NCBI GenBank assembly: GCA_047459655.1
Contig: JAJREF010000005.1
Span: 256,001-320,000 of the forward strand
Direction of reading: 5' to 3'
DNA length: 64,000 bases
Origin: Rhabdochlamydiaceae bacterium
GTDB lineage: Bacteria; Chlamydiota; Chlamydiia; Chlamydiales; Rhabdochlamydiaceae
Shown: positions 23,021-34,511 of the stretch, one piece after another
Layout of the letters: each line of letters begins with the position of its first letter
Numbering within the stretch: position 1 is the stretch's first letter
Program-made: the position numbers and the translations under genes
Notes under the pieces: generated by a model
What the model saw: only the letters and a program-made list of their open reading frames with translations
Told to the model about the DNA's origin: nothing
Databases searched by the model: none

Positions 23021-23676
23021 TATTCAGATTCATTGTTGTATTTATTGCCATTGTATGCAGTCTTAAAACCTTCATCATAGCCTTCTTTATGACCTTTTTT
23101 ATACCCATCATTATAGGCCATATTTTCTGTTATTTCTCGAGCTATATTTGCTGCTGCAACCCCTTTTGTATATGCTGAATCTTTTCCTTCTTTAAAGCCT
23201 TTCTGGTATCCATTTTTTTCTGCAAAACTGCACGTTGCTTGTAAAAAGGAAATGATATCCGGGTAATTTTTAGCTAATAATTTTTCCCCGCCAATTAAGC
23301 TTGTAATCACGCGATCGCAATGAAGAAGATCGTTTCCGTTTGCTGCATTAGATTGGAAGAAATTTAAATTACCGCTTTTCCAATCGACAACAACTCTTTC
23401 GCCAACACTCCAATTCTTCGGCGAACTTTGCCATGTACTTGGAACTAGTTCAACGCCATTCCACCACTCAGCTATATTTCTTGTTCTTGGCTTAACTGCA
23501 TATACGTGCCAATATGTCCAATATGTGGGATTATTCGTATCTGTTAAAACCATAAGACCTTCTTCCCCTGGACCAAATATATTGGCTACGACATAGGTGT
23601 CGGGTGTAGATGTAGCGTTTACGTTAACATTACAAAAAGCAAACACAAAAAGTGCTGCAATCAACCATTTCTTCAT
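23020..23676 (-). CDS. Hypothetical exported protein with C-terminal GxxxG-type repeats
   Basis: Signal peptide MKKWLIAALFVFAF; GYQKGFKEG, DGYKKGHKEGYDEGF; AGGAG RBS. Confidence 0.75.
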   Translation of the reverse strand: MKKWLIAALFVFAFCNVNVNATSTPDTYVVANIFGPGEEGLMVLTDTNNPTYWTYWHVYAVKPRTRNIAEWWNGVELVPSTWQSSPKNWSVGERVVVDWKSGNLNFFQSNAANGNDLLHCDRVITSLIGGEKLLAKNYPDIISFLQATCSFAEKNGYQKGFKEGKDSAYTKGVAAANIAREITENMAYNDGYKKGHKEGYDEGFKTAYNGNKYNNESE

Positions 23677-23710
23677 TTTAAGCTCCTGTTGTTTAATTTT
23701 TTCCAGATAT

Positions 23711-23949
23711 TGATCATGTCTTTAATAATACATGTTTTGCGATCTTTCGATTTTCGCTCGCCCTTTTATATGGGGCGTCCTGCATATGCGGGCTCGCTCA
23801 ATTCAAAATCTCATCAAAATGTGCTACTTTTTCAAAACACATTGACTTATGCAACGGTCTTAACATCTGCAAAAAGTGAAATTGTAGAATTTTTTAAAAC
23901 ATAATAGCTAGTAAAATTTTATTCTTCACCAGAGTTGTGCAGAGGTCTC
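23711..23949. repeat. Partial family B copy followed by degenerate family D copy
   Basis: 23711-23860 aligns with 4771-4916; ends CAGAGTTGTGCAGAGGTCTC as at 47031-47050. Confidence 0.75.
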
Positions 23950-26900
23950 AGTAAATAAATTCACATCTGAGCTCGTCAGGTTGTATCTCTTTTTTGTGTC
24001 TTGCCTGAATCTCTCGCCATTTTTTGATGATTTGTGTTGCCATAGGGCCACCTTCTCTACCAGCTTTCCCATATTTGGAAAGGACTATAACTACAAGTTC
24101 GGGATCTTCAAAAGGATGAGCCGAAAGCATTTTGTTTTTTGGGTACGCAATTGTTGCAAACCAAATGTGTGTGCGCATGTGGGCGGGTATTTCACTTTCA
24201 ATAGTAGGCTTTGAAAGAATCTGCGCTGTGCCTGTTTTTGGTAGAAGCTCGTTGTGTAGTTCATAATAATCTCCGACAGCTGTTGGATGAAAATAAGAAG
24301 TGCGCATAATGCTAGGTCTTGAACCTCCTCTTGCCCCTTTTACAGAGCGTTGCATCCCTTGTGAAAGCACTTTAAAAACTTCAGGTGGAAATGGAATTGT
24401 TCGTTCAATTTCTACAGGTGTATAATGGATAGATGTCTCTTGTAGGTCAGTTATTGCAGCTGTAAAAAGCGGGAAGTTAATTCCCACAAGGGAAAGGGCG
24501 TCCTTAAAAGGGAATCGTTCGTAAGAAAAAAGGGGGTTTTCATTTTTGATTGACTCTTTTCCAGATAGAATTTTTACAACTTTTGGTTTAACGATTTTTC
24601 CTTGGTTTGCAATTGCGCTAATCATCACAGCTGTTTGTAAAGGAGAGACGGTAAACGCATGTTGACCAATAGCAAAAGAGTATAAGCCAGAGAGATTATG
24701 ATCTAGATCGCTAGGCACTTTTCCCATTACTTCCCAGGAAGATCTATACCTGTTTTTTGTCCAAACCCAAGAGCATAGGCAGCTTTAGCTAGATTAGAAG
24801 GCGCTTCTAGCTGTTCACTTGCTAAAATAGAGAAGTAGATGTTACTCGATTGTTCGATGGCTCCATAAATGTCGAGTTTCCCCATACCACTATAAGCACT
24901 TCTGGGAAGGAGCCCTCCTTTGTGCCTTCTGAGAATGGGAGCTCCTTGCTCTGTATAACCAAGTACCTGAGACAATGAAGTTGAGGTTTTATCTCCTTTT
25001 AGATCATCGATTAACGTTAAAGGGTTGAGATCTCCCTTCATGGGGCGCTTTGATCTTTCTAACAGCGCTTGATACGCTGTAGCAAGTTTAAAAACCGATC
25101 CAAGAGCATGCTCTTGTCTATAGGCTTGAGATCTTCCGTATCCATAACCTGTCATAGGATAGAAGGCGGCTGCTAAATGTTTCTCTAGCTGCTCCTCTTT
25201 GTTTTTTCTGACCCTGTTATAAAAGCCCTTTAAAGGGAAGGTTAGTTCCTCAAAAGAACGCATTGTTTTCAGATAGGCAAGGCCCTTTTCTGGAGGAATA
25301 GGTAGCAAGAGTTGCTCGAGCTGCTTGAGATCATGATCTGTGTGGGATGTGTGCAGGTGTTTAAGGGTGGCAAAGTAGGGTTGCAGTGCTGAGTGATGGG
25401 CAACATCAACCGGAGATTTTCCTGTGATAGCCGTATACAAAAAAACGTGGTGGTAGGCATTCCAAAAAGCTTGAAAGAGCTTTTTTTGAGCAATATCGAG
25501 GTAATCTGTATAGGGTTTTGGATACTTGTTACCCTGTTTTTCTTCTTTCCTTTTTCTTGCAAGAAAACCTTTAAAATGGGTTTTGCGCCATTTAATAAAA
25601 TCGTGATCGTGATGGAGCTCTTCCATCGATGATTTTATCTTGGCTTGAAGGCGCAACGCTGCTTGCCTAAAGAGGTGATAGTTAGCTAGTGTCTGTGTTT
25701 CAAATAGCGTGCCACTTTCAAAAAGTTCACTTTTTACGCCCAGCGAGCAAAGGTCTAATACAAGGAGGCGATCTGTCTCAGAAGGAATCGTTCTCAGAAG
25801 AGAGTGGGTTAATCCTTCCTTTTGAACCTCTAAAGCTGTTTTGATATCAATCACTTGATTCATGACATTCCTTGCTCTGCTTTTAGGAGCAAGAAGAGTG
25901 TTGAGAAAAAGATCCCATGAAAGATAAATGTGATCTTCCTCATATTTATTTCTTAAAAACGAAAAAGACTCTCTTTCTAGAGGGCGTATGCCATCCCAAA
26001 TTTGCCCAATGTACGCTTCATTTTCAAGCCACTTATTCACCGATAGCTCTTTTGTTTTTTTATCCTGTGAATTTTTTGAGGGGATAAAATCATTAGGATT
26101 AAACCGGGGGTAAGAGGCAAGGGCTACGACTTCGCCGGTTTTAGGATCCATGGCAACAATTGCTCCACCCTTCATCCATTCTTCATCTAGCGCATGAGGG
26201 TTATTTTTGAGTCCCTCATTAGCAGATAAAAGCTCTTCTGCAACGTTTTGGAGTTCTGCTGAAATTGAAAGGATCAGGCTTCGCCCTGAAGTAGGCTTAC
26301 GTGTCCCTGGCAACTCTCTTAAAAAAGATCCTTGAGCTCCCACTTCATAGACTTTTTTTCCGTAGGTGCCCCTTAATTCTTCCTCGTAGAAAGCCTCAAG
26401 CCCTGCTTTCCCTACAAGATCGTGGATTGTATAAGATTTTTCTTGAAGTTCTGTGAGCCTCTCTCTTACCTGTAGAGGGTCATAAAAACCAGGGGGAAGG
26501 AAGGGCTTCTCATTTTTTTCTCGCGCTCTGAGGTAGGCTTGCAGGGTGTTCATTTCATCGGCAATTTGTTGGTATTGCTGCTGGCTAATGCTCCCCAAGT
26601 AGCCCACAATATCACAGGCTGTCTTCCCTTGCGGATAGAACCGTTTAGCAACCCTCTGAACCTGTATCCCTACCCAATCTTTTTCGAGCATCCGAAGTTT
26701 ATAGTACTGCTCTTCGCTAATATTTTCTTTAATCACAAAGGGTGTATGGGGAAAACAAGAGGCTTTCCCATGGATGATATCCTCAATGCTCAAGGCATCG
26801 ATGTCTAGCTCTTTACTTAACATATGGGCGAGAGATTCAATATGCTGGAGGCGCGCTTGAACCCTAATGGCCTTCCCGTCCTGAGATTTTTTCCATATCA

Positions 26901-27174
26901 CAGAAGGAATATGTCGAATGTCGGCATAGCAAACAGCTGCGTTATATTGCATTTTATTGATAGCAAGGGGAACGTGAAAGCGGTCTTGAATGGTGGCTCT
27001 TGGAGCAGGTTCGATAACAGTTCTACGGTGAGGTCTATACGATTGTTCAAGTTGCTCGTCGTGCTGTATAACGGCTAAGTACCATACTCTAACTAAAATT
27101 AAAATTAAGCAGAGTAAAATAACATTTAACACGCGCCCAGTTTTAGTCGAAATATCGAGATCCATACTGTCCAT
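23948..27174 (-). CDS. mrdA: Penicillin-binding protein 2, chlamydial long form (frameshift near 24727)
   Basis: PBP dimerisation domain, GSVFK, SSN, KTGTAQ motifs. Confidence 0.9.
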
Positions 27175-27261
27175 TTTATAAGGGAATTTACCCCTCTTAA
27201 GACAGTATATCTATTTTTCTATTGGAAAAAAGAGGTTTTTCAGATAAATTGTTTTCCATTC

Positions 27262-27332
27262 GCGCCTGTAGTTCAATGGTAGAACCGTAGCCTTCCAAGC
27301 TACTTGTGTCAGTTCGATTCTGATCAGGCGCT
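27262..27332 (+). tRNA. tRNA-Gly(TCC)
   Basis: GCGCCTG acceptor, GTAGC-CTTCCAA-GCTAC anticodon arm, GTTCGATTC T-loop. Confidence 0.93.
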
Positions 27333-27411
27333 TATTAAAAACCAAAACCAAGACCGAAATCTACCTAATTAAGGGTGGATGCCGTGTCAAAAACAACAAG
27401 AGGGACAAGGC

Positions 27412-28212
27412 TTGGCAACACAAAAAGAAGAATTGAATTTAACAGTTAAAGAATTACTCGAATCTGGGGCGCATTTTGGTCACCAAAAGCACCGCTGGAA
27501 TCCAAAGATGAAAAGATACATCTTTGAAGAGCGCAATGGTATTTATATCATTGATCTTGCAAAAACAATGCAACAAATCCGCAATGCAGTAGCAGTCGTT
27601 AGAGAGACCGTCGCACGCCGTCAATCAATCATGTTTGTTGGTACAAAAAAACAAGCAAAACCAGTCATCAGAGAAGCTGCAGAAACAGCAGGGGAATTCT
27701 ATGTCTGTGAACGTTGGTTGGGCGGGATGTTAACGAACCTCACAACAATTAGACAATCGGTAAAAACTCTCGAAAGAATTGAGAAGAAAATTGCTACAGG
27801 CGGAGATACTTTCACAAAAAAAGAATTGTCTGTCCTAAGTAAAGACCGCATCAAGCTCGATCGTAACCTCTCCGGTATTCGCGCCATGAGAAAGCCTCCA
27901 GGCCTTTTGATTGTCGTTGATCCAAGCATGGAACATATCGCAGTTGCAGAAGCAAATAAACTCGGTATTCCTGTGATGGCACTCGTAGACACAAATTGCG
28001 ATCCAGATCCTATTGACTACGTGATTGCCTGTAACGATGATGCATTAAAAAGCATCAAACTTATCCTTCAAACTTTGATGCAAGCTATCGTTGATAAGAA
28101 AAACGATATGAACATCGGTTTTGCAAAGGGAGATGAGTCTAATGAGTCGCAAGCTACAGAAGACCTGTTCGACAAAGAAGAAAAAGATGAGGAAGAAGAG
28201 GGCAGCAAATGA
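27412..28212 (+). CDS. rpsB: 30S ribosomal protein S2 (TTG start inferred from RBS)
   Basis: GAHFGHQ, WNPKM, WLGGMLTN, DTNCDPD. Confidence 0.97.
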   Translation: MATQKEELNLTVKELLESGAHFGHQKHRWNPKMKRYIFEERNGIYIIDLAKTMQQIRNAVAVVRETVARRQSIMFVGTKKQAKPVIREAAETAGEFYVCERWLGGMLTNLTTIRQSVKTLERIEKKIATGGDTFTKKELSVLSKDRIKLDRNLSGIRAMRKPPGLLIVVDPSMEHIAVAEANKLGIPVMALVDTNCDPDPIDYVIACNDDALKSIKLILQTLMQAIVDKKNDMNIGFAKGDESNESQATEDLFDKEEKDEEEEGSK

Positions 28213-29060
28213 TGGCCACAAAAATCACCCCTGAAATGGTTAAAGAGCTCCGTGAGCGCACAGGAGTTGGAATGGGTAAATGTAAAGAAGCCCTTGATCA
28301 CTCCCAAGGAGATATGGAAAAAGCAATCGATTTTCTAAGAAAATCGGGTATGGCCTCTGCTGTGAAAAAAGAGGGCAGAGAGACAAAAGAAGGAGTCATT
28401 GGAACCCACGAAAGTCAAGATGCAATAGCTCTTGTCGAAGTCAACTCTGAGACAGACTTTGTCGCGCAAAATGAGAAGTTCAAACAATTCGTTAAGGATG
28501 TCACTTTAGAAGTTGCCGAGACAAAACCCACTTCTCTTGAAGCCTTTGTTGCACAAAAATACCGGAAAGATCCTTCTATTACTATTGACCAATATAGATC
28601 TTTAGTAATCCAAAGCCTAGGGGAAAACATCCAGATCAAGCGCCTCCAAGTTCTTCCTAAAACTGCAGACACTTCCATTGGCCTTTACTCCCATATGGGT
28701 GGTAAAATTGTGACATTTGTTGAGATCGAAGGTGGTAGTGGAATGGAGACCCTTGCGCGTGATATTGCAATGCACATTGCTGCTGAGTCGCCTGATTACT
28801 TAAAACCAGAAGAAGTTCCTGCAGATGTAAGAGCTAGAGAAGCAGATATTGCTAAGTCTCAAGTCAAAGGGAAGCCTGAAAACATCGTCGATAAGATCGT
28901 CGAAGGTAAACTCAAAGCCTTCTATGATCAAGTCTGTCTTCTTGGCCAAAAGTTTGTCAAAGACAACACGCTTACGATTGCAGATCTCGTGGTAAAAGAA
29001 GGGAAGCGTGTAGGCAAACCTCTTGCTGTTCGCCGGTTTTTAAGGTGGCGCATAGGATAA
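28212..29060 (+). CDS. tsf: Elongation factor Ts
   Basis: VKELRERTG, EVNSETDFVA, DIAMHIAA. Confidence 0.97.
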   Translation: MATKITPEMVKELRERTGVGMGKCKEALDHSQGDMEKAIDFLRKSGMASAVKKEGRETKEGVIGTHESQDAIALVEVNSETDFVAQNEKFKQFVKDVTLEVAETKPTSLEAFVAQKYRKDPSITIDQYRSLVIQSLGENIQIKRLQVLPKTADTSIGLYSHMGGKIVTFVEIEGGSGMETLARDIAMHIAAESPDYLKPEEVPADVRAREADIAKSQVKGKPENIVDKIVEGKLKAFYDQVCLLGQKFVKDNTLTIADLVVKEGKRVGKPLAVRRFLRWRIG

Positions 29061-29062
29061 AG

Positions 29063-29794
29063 ATGGTCGCTCAAAAATCCAAACCTGCTTATAAAAGAAT
29101 TCTATTAAAGCTCTCTGGTGAGGCTTTGGGAGGAGAGCAGAGATTTGGATTTGAGAAAGAGTCATGTCATAAGATTGCCTCTTTGATCAGGGACATCCAT
29201 GCAATGGGTGTCCAAATAGGTATCGTCATTGGCGGAGGAAACATCTTTCGCGGGTGCCAAGCTGAAGAATTTCAATTTCTAAGGACGCCCGCTGACCATA
29301 TCGGGATGTTAGCAACTACCATCAATGGGCTTATTCTCCAACAATCCCTTGCTACTCTAGGATGTGAAGCGCATGTTATGAGCGCTCTTAATACCGATTC
29401 CATTGTAGAAAGATATTCCTGGCAGGGTGCCATGTATTACCTGCAAACGGGTGGCATTGTGATCTTCGTAGGAGGCACGGGGAACCCGTACTTTACAACA
29501 GATACTGCAGCTGCCTTGCGCGCCAGTGAAATCAATGCTGAAGTCCTACTTAAAGCCACAAAAGTCGATGGGATTTACGATAAAGACCCCAAACGCCATC
29601 CCCATGCGAAAAAATTCACAAAAATCTCTTATGCGCAAGCGCTAGAGCAAAACTTAAATGTGATGGACGGAGCTGCAATAGCCCTTTGTTGGTCAAACAG
29701 CATTCCCATCCATGTTTTTGACCTTTTTGAAGATGGCGCCTTATTAAAAGCTGTCTGTGAAAAAAAAGGTGGATCACTCATTGAAGGGAGTTAA
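29063..29794 (+). CDS. pyrH: UMP kinase
   Basis: LLKLSGE, GGGNIFRG, GNPYFTTDT. Confidence 0.97.
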   Translation: MVAQKSKPAYKRILLKLSGEALGGEQRFGFEKESCHKIASLIRDIHAMGVQIGIVIGGGNIFRGCQAEEFQFLRTPADHIGMLATTINGLILQQSLATLGCEAHVMSALNTDSIVERYSWQGAMYYLQTGGIVIFVGGTGNPYFTTDTAAALRASEINAEVLLKATKVDGIYDKDPKRHPHAKKFTKISYAQALEQNLNVMDGAAIALCWSNSIPIHVFDLFEDGALLKAVCEKKGGSLIEGS

Positions 29795-29797
29795 AAT

Positions 29798-30349
29798 ATG
29801 AATGTACCAAAAGAAACAAAAGAAAAAATGCAAGCCACGATCGACCATTTCAAAGGCGATTTAAAAAATTTACGCACTAACCGTGCAAATCCGGCAATGG
29901 TGGAAGGTGTGACAGTCGAAGTCTATGGGGCTCCTATGCGGCTTAAAGAGCTGGCAAATATTACAACGCCTGAAGCAAGACAAATTTTAATCACTCCTTT
30001 TGACCCACAAACAGCACAGGCAATTGCGAAGGGCATTGAAAAAGCCAACCTCAACCTTCAAGCGGTTGTTGAAGGATCTTCTATCCGGATCAATGTTCCT
30101 CCTATGGACCAGTCGATGCGCCAAGAAATTGTTAAACAAGGCAAGAAAAAAGCAGAAGATGCCAAAATTGCCATCCGAGATATTAGACGCAAGCAAAATG
30201 ACCTCATCAAGAAACAAAAAAGTAGCGGCGAGATCCCAGAAGATGTTATGAAGAAGGGAGAGAAAGAAATTCAGGAACTAACCGACCAGTTTTGCAAGAT
30301 GATCGACGAGCTCTTCTCTGCCAAAGAAAAAGAAATTATGGCCGTTTAA
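29798..30349 (+). CDS. frr: Ribosome recycling factor
   Basis: LRTNRANP, IRDIRR, KEKEIM. Confidence 0.97.
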   Translation: MNVPKETKEKMQATIDHFKGDLKNLRTNRANPAMVEGVTVEVYGAPMRLKELANITTPEARQILITPFDPQTAQAIAKGIEKANLNLQAVVEGSSIRINVPPMDQSMRQEIVKQGKKKAEDAKIAIRDIRRKQNDLIKKQKSSGEIPEDVMKKGEKEIQELTDQFCKMIDELFSAKEKEIMAV

Positions 30350-30381
30350 TTGAATTTCTGATAGGCTATTCGTGTTTTTAT

Positions 30382-30456
30382 GGCCCCATCGTCTAGCCCG
30401 GTCTAGGACACCAGATTTTCATTCTGATAACAGGGGTTCGAATCCCCTTGGGGTCA
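30382..30456 (+). tRNA. tRNA-Glu(TTC)
   Basis: GGCCCCA...TGGGGTCA, anticodon loop TTTTCAT, GGTTCGAATCC. Confidence 0.92.
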
Positions 30457-30464
30457 TTGTTATT

Positions 30465-30537
30465 GAGACTTTAGCTCAGTTGGTAGAGCATCTCCCTTTT
30501 AAGGAGAGTGTCGATGGTTCGAGCCCATCAAGTCTCA
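30465..30537 (+). tRNA. tRNA-Lys(TTT)
   Basis: GAGACTT...AAGTCTCA, TCTCC-CTTTTAA-GGAGA anticodon arm. Confidence 0.93.
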
Positions 30538-30543
30538 ATTTTT

Positions 30544-30579
30544 TAGACCTCTTGTGTAAAACTGTACGCAAGAGGTCTA
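30544..30579. repeat. Minimal family F palindrome (two termini only); may act as terminator after tRNA-Lys
   Basis: TAGACCTCTTGTGTA-AAACTG-TACGCAAGAGGTCTA. Confidence 0.7.
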
Positions 30580-30607
30580 TTTTTCACTCCTGCAGCAATC
30601 TACTACC

Positions 30608-31263
30608 ATGAAAAAACTTATAGAAGGCATCATTGCCTTTAGAAAGGGCTTAACGCAAGAGAAAGAGATCTCTTTGCCGAGCTTTCAATTAGACAAAAAC
30701 CCGATGTTCTTTTTATCGGGTGCTCTGATAGCAGAGTTGTTCCCAATTTATTTGCTTCTACAGATCCCGGAGATCTATTCGTTATCCGTAATGTGGGCAA
30801 CCTCATTCCTCCTGTTTCTGATTCTGAGCAGGATAACAGTGTTTTTGCAGCCATTGAATTTTCTGTTATGTCTCTACAAGTAGCTGACATTGTTGTCTGT
30901 GGGCACTCAGAATGCGGCGCGATGCAAGCGCTAACACGAGGGATAGATCATTGCCCCTGTCTCCATGTGAGATCTTGGCTTAAACATGGAACAAAGTCTC
31001 TCAGCAAGTTTAGACAAGGTTTGACCCTCAACCCCTCCTTATCAGAACACAACCAGATTTCCCAATTGAATGTCTTAGAGCAAATCGAGCACCTTAAAAC
31101 CTATCCAATCATTCGAGAGTATCTGGAAAAAAGCAAAATCCGGATACACGGCTGGTGGTTTGATATTGGAAGAGCAGATGTCTATTGTTATGAACAATCC
31201 GTTCATCAATTCGTATTGATGGATGAAGAGGAGTCTAAACTGATCTTGCAGCGACTAATATAA
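30608..31263 (+). CDS. Beta-class carbonic anhydrase (frameshifted)
   Basis: GCSDSR, PGDLFVIRNVGN, CGHSECGAM, IHGWWFDI. Confidence 0.88.
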
Positions 31264-31896
31264 GATCGAGTTCTGTGGTGATTTTCATGTTTCTCTCATC
31301 TCCCAAAACAATAGCAACAGGCTGGCCCATTTCTAAAACAAGAGAGCAATCATCAGAGGCATTTGTTTGTGTTGTTTCTTCATGCGCTCTTATGATCAAT
31401 GAATACGCAAAGCTCTGCGGCGTTTGTCCCTGAAAATACTCCTTCCTTAAAGGAATTTGATCAATCATGCGCCCATTTCTAGAATGCACAATCGTATCCG
31501 TAGCAGGAATACACGTGTCAACAGCTCTTCCTATTTGAACCTGTTCCACATTTCTTTCTAAAATATCTTGGGAGACAAAAGGACGGAGAGCATCATGAAT
31601 GACCACATACTCTGTATCATGAGGGCAAGCAAGCAGTCCCAAATAGGACGAGTGCTGCCGCGTTACTCCTCCTGCTGTGACTACTACTGAATATCCTGCA
31701 GTCTCTTCTTTTACAGCCTCGAGCCAGTCAGGGTGGCAGACAAGCACCACGCTTTCAAAAAGCTTCGACTGAATAAATATATCTAAGGTGTGCAAATAAA
31801 TTTTCTTCCCATCAAGCAGATGAAACTGCTTCGGAAGTTCACTCCCAAAGCGAATCCCTGTCCCCCCATTAGAATAATACCAACAATCTTTTCCAT
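31235..31896 (-). CDS. ispD: IspD/TarI-family cytidylyltransferase (frameshifted)
   Basis: G.RFGSELPKQF, GGVTRQHS, IHDALRPF, QTPQSF, NMKITT. Confidence 0.8.
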
Positions 31897-32000
31897 AGAC
31901 TTCAGATCACTATACTACAGATAAGAATTCAATGTTTCCAAAAAAATCCCTTGTCTAGTAGGATACTTTCTTTTTTTGAACAATCCATGGAGAGAGGAAA

Positions 32001-32465
32001 ATGAGGGTAGTAGATTATATTGTATCTGTGTTCTTGTTGATTCCAGTTTTTATTTGTGCGGAGCCAGAAACAGGAGCCTTTGAGTTTAAAGGAATGCATT
32101 TTATGGCGGAGTATTTCGACTGTGATTTTAAATCCATCACGGATACAGATACACTACTTTGTGTAATGAATGAAGCCGTTAAAGAATCGGGTGCAACTGT
32201 TTTAAATACAATTTACCATGTTTTCCCAAACGGCTCTGGCCTTACCATGTTAATTATGCTTTCTGAGAGCCATGCCAGTATCCACACATATCCAGAGCAT
32301 GCCAGTTGTTACGTCGATTTATTCACGTGTGGAGATCACTGTTCTTATAAAGGATTCGATAGAGTTCTTAGAGCTTACCTGAAGCCAGGAAATGTAGAGG
32401 CAAGAGTAGCTCCTAGACCCGCCCCTCAAGAAGCCTCTCTTTTATGTCAAGATAGCGCCCTCTAA
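32001..32465 (+). CDS. speD: Pyruvoyl-dependent SAM decarboxylase-family proenzyme with hydrophobic N-terminal extension
   Basis: GMHF, LSESHASIHTYPE, VDLFTCG. Confidence 0.82.
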   Translation: MRVVDYIVSVFLLIPVFICAEPETGAFEFKGMHFMAEYFDCDFKSITDTDTLLCVMNEAVKESGATVLNTIYHVFPNGSGLTMLIMLSESHASIHTYPEHASCYVDLFTCGDHCSYKGFDRVLRAYLKPGNVEARVAPRPAPQEASLLCQDSAL

Positions 32466-33509
32466 AGCTTTGTGGACAAAAGCTGCACGTTTGAGATTGA
32501 GGTTATTATTGTCGGTCATGCTCTCATTGAGGGTATGCGCTAAATGCGCTCTTCTACAATGAAAGATAGTATGATCAATTTTTTTAGCTTCAACACCTTT
32601 AATCCAGTCGAGCTCGATTCCCAACTTAATTAGACTCAGCGCGTTGAGCGCTTCTTTTGTATGTAGCTGATAGGAGTGCACCAAAAGGCCATACGCTCTT
32701 CCCACGAGATCTTTAATGGTAGGATTTCCTTCTTCTTTTAAATGTTTACGCATTGCCTTTTCTGAAGAGATTAACTTTAAAGCCGTTGTCTGTAGCTCAT
32801 GTAGAATCGTCTCTTCACTAAGGCCTAACGTATACTGGTTTTTTAACAAAATGATGTCACCCACCAGCTCATCCAAAGAACCCTCGAGCCCCATTGCAAC
32901 TAAATCTTCATCTTTTTGTTTCAAGAGTGCCTCTTTCAGTTGATCGGAGTGAATGAGAGCCGGAAGGTGTAGGTAGAGCGCAATACGAAGAGCTGTGCCA
33001 CACTCTTCCTTGTCAGCTGTTAAATATCCGAATTTTGGGGAAAAGGCAAACGCCAGTTCTTTCCCAAATGTCGTTTCAATTTTAGATAAAAGACACCATG
33101 CTTTACTCAAATCTGAGGAAAAATCAACGAAGTGTAGTTGAAGATGATTTTTTAGATTAAGAAGAGCTAAGAATTGACCAGAATTATCTAGCAAAAACCC
33201 TTGGTTGCTCAGAGCATTTTGAAAACTGTCTGCGCATAAAAAGTGCTCAAACAGAAATTCCTTTTCAAAAGAACCTAATTGTTCAGCCGGTAAAAAAACA
33301 GCCCCTTTTATTTCAGCAGATTTTTCTAAAAAGGCTTTATTCATATTTAAAACGGTTTTCATTTCCAAAGGAGATAGCTTAGATGGAAATTTATACCGCG
33401 CTAGATTTCTCTGCAGTGTAAGGGATGACGATACCCATATCCTGTTGGGGTCGCCTTCGAAAGGAGGGTGATCAGAAATATGGGGAGGTAGCTTAAGTTG
33501 GTTTGTCAT
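32442..33509 (-). CDS. mcsB: Protein arginine kinase McsB
   Basis: SSSLTLQRNL..YKFP, AFSPKFGYLT, LHLPAL, NQYTLGLSEE. Confidence 0.88.
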   Translation of the reverse strand: MTNQLKLPPHISDHPPFEGDPNRIWVSSSLTLQRNLARYKFPSKLSPLEMKTVLNMNKAFLEKSAEIKGAVFLPAEQLGSFEKEFLFEHFLCADSFQNALSNQGFLLDNSGQFLALLNLKNHLQLHFVDFSSDLSKAWCLLSKIETTFGKELAFAFSPKFGYLTADKEECGTALRIALYLHLPALIHSDQLKEALLKQKDEDLVAMGLEGSLDELVGDIILLKNQYTLGLSEETILHELQTTALKLISSEKAMRKHLKEEGNPTIKDLVGRAYGLLVHSYQLHTKEALNALSLIKLGIELDWIKGVEAKKIDHTIFHCRRAHLAHTLNESMTDNNNLNLKRAAFVHKALEGAILT

Positions 33510-34005
33510 TTTTATCCGTTAAAGCTTTGATTTGATCACGGAGCCAGGCTGCTTGCTCATAATTTTCTCGTTTCAGTGCCTCGTTCAATGCCTCATTTAG
33601 AGAAGATAGTTTGGTAGATAATGTAATGTTTTGTTCATTGTCAGGAGATTTACCAATGTGGATTGCTTGGGGTCTTTCATGGAGACCTTTTTTTCAAAGA
33701 AGGAGGAATGGCATCTGACTCCAGTAGCTCTGAGATAAGAATATCTCCAAATACCGCGTAACATTCGCTACAACCGAGAGGCTCTCCCTTTTGATTGATT
33801 CGACAGACGTCCCACAGTTACCACAACAAAGAGAGCTCTCTTTTTCAGTCAGTTTTCCTGTGGAAGATTCTCCGTGTAGTTTCGCAGAAAGGATGGGACA
33901 GCCTGTGCACATCTCTGTACAGGTGGTGAGATCCCCTACAATTTCCTTGTAAAGGACAACAGTTGGTTTTTTACATTGACCACATTCGACAGGCCTATCT
34001 CCCAT
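33493..34005 (-). CDS. mcsA: McsA-like protein (CxxC motifs plus UVR domain), frameshifted
   Basis: CGQC, CTGC, CGNC, C-terminal ENYEQAAWLRDQI; upstream of mcsB. Confidence 0.82.
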
Positions 34006-34241
34006 AACAACCCTTATCCTAAAATTTTCTATATAGCCGTTATTTCTCAAATCCGCCACTAAATTTTATTTAAAATACGCATATTTGTTGTGAGTGGTAT
34101 TAATAGACAAAAATAAGCAAAATATCTATATTTACCTCCATGTTATGTGTCAGTAAAATATGCCATCTCTATCATAGAGCTGGTTTATTGGGATTTAAAC
34201 TATCAGCCAATTACAATAGATTGGCGTAATTAAGAGGAAGT

Positions 34242-34502
34242 ATGAAAAAGATGTATGTTCTAACGCTCGCTCTCACAGCCATGACTATGGGATTTGTTCA
34301 AGCTAATGAAGTTGTAGCACAAGAGCCGCTCGCTCTTTCTCATGAAGAGCAAGCTTTTGCTGAACAACTCAGTGAAACACACCGCGTTCTTTTTTCTGCT
34401 ATGACAGCAGAGCAAAAGAAAGCTGCGATGGCAGCTGCTACTGAGGCAGATGCAGCCATTGAAGCGGTGATCCAAGAGCTTCCTGCAGAATCTGTAAGAT
34501 AA
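34242..34502 (+). CDS. Small secreted Ala-rich helical protein
   Basis: GAGG RBS, signal peptide ending VQA, downstream terminator-like hairpin. Confidence 0.75.
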   Translation: MKKMYVLTLALTAMTMGFVQANEVVAQEPLALSHEEQAFAEQLSETHRVLFSAMTAEQKKAAMAAATEADAAIEAVIQELPAESVR

Positions 34503-34511
34503 GTCACCCGT

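Noticed and set aside
30372..30611. 79-aa ORF
   Set aside because: Overlaps tRNA-Glu and tRNA-Lys
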